Source of the DNA: Gemmatimonadota bacterium
GTDB lineage: Bacteria; Gemmatimonadota; Gemmatimonadetes; Palauibacterales; Palauibacteraceae
NCBI GenBank assembly: GCA_963666735.1
Contig: OY762926.1
Location: forward strand, 192,001-256,000
Direction of reading: 5' to 3'
Length of the DNA: 64,000 nt
Each line of letters opens with the position of its first letter. The stretch's first letter is position 1. Positions 61,338-64,000 of the stretch are shown here, piece after piece. The notes below the pieces were generated by a model. It saw nothing but the letters and a program-made list of their open reading frames with translations. It did not search any database and had not been told where the DNA came from. The translations under genes and the position numbers were made by a program.

Positions 61338-62603
61338 ATGCTGAGACGCGCCGGCCTCGGCGTCCTGTTCGGGACGGTGATGGTGGACATGATGGGCTTC
61401 GGCATCGTCCTCCCGCTGCTCCCGTTCTACGCCGAAGAAATGGGCGCCTCGCCGCGCTGGGTCACCCTCATCATCGCCTCGTTCTCCATCACGCAGCTCC
61501 TGTCGGCTCCGATCTGGGGACGGTTCTCCGACCGGCTGGGACGCCGGCGCCTCCTCCTCATCGGGCTCTTCGCCTCGGCGCTCTCGTACCTTCTGTTCGC
61601 GCTCGCCGACAACCTGTGGCTGCTGCTCGTCTCGCGCGCGACGGCGGGCGCCGCGGGAGGGACGCTCGGCATCGCCCAGGCCTATGTCGCCGACTCCACG
61701 GAAGGCGAGGAACGGGCCCGCGGGCTCGGTTTCATCGGGGCGGCGTCCGGTCTGGGCATCATGCTCGGTCCGGCGATCGGCGGATTCTTCAGCCGGTTCG
61801 GGCTGGGCGTGCCGGGCTACGTGGCCGCGGGGCTGTGCCTGCTCAATCTGATGGCGGCCGTGGTGTTCCTCCCGGAATCGCGGCACTTCCGCTCCGGCAA
61901 GGCCGACGCGTCGAAGGGGGAGGCGGCGACGATCCTCCTCTGGGCGAAGTCCCTCTTCAGGTTTCCGCTGCGCGTGCTCCTCCTCGTATACGTGCTGACC
62001 ATCGGTTGCTTCACCTCGATGACATCGGTCCTGGCTCTGTATGCCGAGCGCGTGTTCGCGATGACGGCGGCCGACATGGGCTTCGTGTTCACGCTGGCGG
62101 GAGGCGTCACCGTCATCGTCCGCGGCGGGCTGGTGGGCCGGATCGTGAAGCGGTTCGGCGAACCGAACACCGTGCGTGCCGGGTGCGCGTTGCTTGCCCT
62201 GGGCGTCGGCGCCATCCCGTTCCTGGCCGACCGCTGGCAACTCTGGCTCCTCGTGCCGAGTTGGGCGGCGGCGACGGGACTCATCTTCCCATCGCTCCAC
62301 GCCCTGATCTCGCGGAACACGGACGAGCACTCACAGGGTTCGGTGCTCGGCGGAAGCCAGGTGGCCGGGGGGCTGGGCCGCGTGGCCGCGCCGCTGGCGG
62401 CGGGCTGGCTGTTCGAGTTGTACTCGATCAAGAGCCCCTTCCTGGTCGGGGCCGCGGCATCCGCCGTCGCTCTCTGGCTGGCGCTCCGGATCCCGGCGCC
62501 GCGCGATCCCAAGGCAAACGAAGAGCTCGATCCCACCGACCGGTGGACGGGCCCGGTCGCCGCGCACGAACCCCGCGACCTGCCGGACACGAAGTCGCCA
62601 TGA
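61338..62603 (+). CDS. MFS transporter (TetA/DHA1-like)
   Basis: GRFSDRLGRR (motif A), G..LGPAIGG (motif C) and ~12 TM segments. Confidence 0.9.
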   Translation: MLRRAGLGVLFGTVMVDMMGFGIVLPLLPFYAEEMGASPRWVTLIIASFSITQLLSAPIWGRFSDRLGRRRLLLIGLFASALSYLLFALADNLWLLLVSRATAGAAGGTLGIAQAYVADSTEGEERARGLGFIGAASGLGIMLGPAIGGFFSRFGLGVPGYVAAGLCLLNLMAAVVFLPESRHFRSGKADASKGEAATILLWAKSLFRFPLRVLLLVYVLTIGCFTSMTSVLALYAERVFAMTAADMGFVFTLAGGVTVIVRGGLVGRIVKRFGEPNTVRAGCALLALGVGAIPFLADRWQLWLLVPSWAAATGLIFPSLHALISRNTDEHSQGSVLGGSQVAGGLGRVAAPLAAGWLFELYSIKSPFLVGAAASAVALWLALRIPAPRDPKANEELDPTDRWTGPVAAHEPRDLPDTKSP

Positions 62604-62616
62604 CCCCGGTGGCGGC

Positions 62617-63381
62617 GTGAGCTCGCGGCCCCCCCGCGCCGCCGCCGAGGTGGGGGCGACGAACCGCTTCGCCGAACAGGCGCAGTTCGTGTCGCTGCGG
62701 TGGGGCGAGGTGTCGGCCCTGCTCGTCCGTCCTCCCGACGCGCGGGCGATGCTCGCCTTCGCGCACGGCGCGGGGGCGGGAATCGAGCACCCGTTCATGT
62801 CGGACATGGCGCAGCGGCTGGCGGGGGAGGGGATCGCATCGTTCCGCTACCACTTCCCCTACATGGAGGCGCGGGCGCTTTCCGGGCGCCGCCGCCCTCC
62901 CGACCGTCCGCCGGTCCTCGTCGAAACGGTCCGGGCCGCGGTCGCGACGGCTGCCGTTTTGGCAGATGGACTGCCCCTGTTCGCAGGCGGCAAGTCGATG
63001 GGTGGGCGCATGACGTCGACCGCCGCCGCCGAGGCGCCTCTGCCGGGCGTGGGCGGTCTCGTCTTCTTCGGATTTCCGCTCCACGCGCCCGGGCGTCCGG
63101 AGCGCGCGGCCGAACGATCGGCTCACCTGAGCGACGTCTCCGTCCCCATGCTCTTCCTGCAGGGAACCCGCGACGCGCTCGCCCGGTGGGACCTGGTCGA
63201 AGAGACGTGCGCCGCGCTCGGGTCGCTCGCCACGCTCCACAAGCTGGAGGGCGCCGACCACTCGTTTCGCGTACTCAAGCGCAGCGGCCGCACGAACGAG
63301 AAGGTTGCCGACGGCGTCGCGGCCCGCGTGTCCGCCTGGCTCGCCAGCTCGGCCCGGAGGAATAGCGGGACGGCGCTCTAA
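62617..63381 (+). CDS. Alpha/beta hydrolase
   Basis: [20 protein letters not shown] and ADHSF. Confidence 0.85.
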   Translation: MSSRPPRAAAEVGATNRFAEQAQFVSLRWGEVSALLVRPPDARAMLAFAHGAGAGIEHPFMSDMAQRLAGEGIASFRYHFPYMEARALSGRRRPPDRPPVLVETVRAAVATAAVLADGLPLFAGGKSMGGRMTSTAAAEAPLPGVGGLVFFGFPLHAPGRPERAAERSAHLSDVSVPMLFLQGTRDALARWDLVEETCAALGSLATLHKLEGADHSFRVLKRSGRTNEKVADGVAARVSAWLASSARRNSGTAL

Positions 63382-63683
63382 TCCCCGAGAGCGCGTACGA
63401 CCGCCTCCGGTTCGCGGTCGATGACGGTGAGCAGGACGCGGGCCGTGCGGCTCGGTACCCGCCTCCCCTGCTCCCATTCCTGCACCGCCCGGACATCGAG
63501 CCCGAGGCGATCCGCGAACTTCTTGCGGCTCAGCTTCAATCGTTTGCGGAGCGCCACGATGTGCTCGGCAGCGGGGTCATCGACGATGCGGCAGGGAAGC
63601 GGCGTCGTGCCGCGCACATGAGCGGGCACTTCGCCGAGAGCCGCTTCCACCTCGCGCCCCACCTCCGTTTGCCGGGTCGTCAT
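63378..63683 (-). CDS. XRE-family HTH antitoxin (HigA-like)
   Basis: [15 protein letters not shown]......WEQGRR.P; AGGAGG Shine-Dalgarno before ATG 63683. Confidence 0.85.
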   Translation of the reverse strand: MTTRQTEVGREVEAALGEVPAHVRGTTPLPCRIVDDPAAEHIVALRKRLKLSRKKFADRLGLDVRAVQEWEQGRRVPSRTARVLLTVIDREPEAVVRALGD

Positions 63684-63926
63684 CGGTCTCGTTCCTCCTC
63701 CTTGATCGCGTCCGGACCCGCTTGACGGAAATAGATCGTGCGGATTCCACCCCGCCTGCCTCGGGCCCGAGCCCGCCCAGCGCAACTTGCGAAGCCCTCC
63801 GGTTCCTCGGATGATGGGCGCGGCTGCCGGGTTGGCGACCACAGCCGCCTCCATCGCCCGCCGGTCCGCCTCTCGCAAGAGTTTGCGGACGGCGCGCTCG
63901 TAGGTTCGCGTAGTGAAGATTCGCAT
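63680..63926 (-). pseudogene. RelE/HigB-like toxin, frameshifted
   Basis: [14 protein letters not shown] lies in one frame and [12 protein letters not shown] in another (shift near 63763-63765); the C-terminal part looks shortened. Confidence 0.78.
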
Positions 63927-63984
63927 CGGCGAATGTGCGGCACTGCCGCACGGCTTGTAAGCAGGAATATGACCTGCGCGATGA

Positions 63985-64000
63985 CGTTCCCGCGGGAACG
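63985..64000. promoter_or_regulatory. 16-bp palindrome CGTTCCCGCGGGAACG (copy 3)
   Basis: Identical to 17282-17297; upstream of the TA pair, at the window edge. Confidence 0.5.

Noticed and set aside
1..64000. tRNA, rRNA, CRISPR array, reverse transcriptase or phage structural genes
   Set aside because: None recognised by eye; small RNAs cannot be excluded without a covariance-model search.

Overview
High-GC bacterial DNA; a sup-type PKS suggests a marine sponge symbiont (inference only). (1) 1-~17,200 is an accessory defence/mobility island. It holds a tightly coupled Type I R-M operon in which HsdM is fused in frame to a PIN RNase domain, with a small putative antitoxin, a GmrSD-like (DUF262) gene and a DUF433/DUF5615 pair interleaved among hsdM, hsdS and hsdR. 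Next come a ColE1-type mobilisation module (bom-like oriT, mbeC, and mbeA with nested mbeB/mbeD), a tyrosine integrase, a second mobC-relaxase pair, and an IS3 that truncates a DUF1156-type methyltransferase. (2) 17.3-40.4 kb carries metabolic and transport genes, a DUF1592-DUF1552-ankyrin operon, an IS1182, a decayed YkvI-like gene, an extended AAA_14/DUF4143 gene and lipid genes. (3) 40.5-53.9 kb is a sup-like PKS cluster. (4) 54-64 kb holds a 376-bp non-autonomous IS1182 derivative, a beta-oxidation-like operon, an MFS transporter, a hydrolase and a broken RelE/HigB-type TA pair. Two window-wide patterns stand out: a 16-bp intergenic palindrome at three sites, and about 11 loci of degenerate 12-bp tandem duplications. 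I found no rRNA, tRNA or CRISPR array. All family calls come from recognising motifs by eye, not from database searches.
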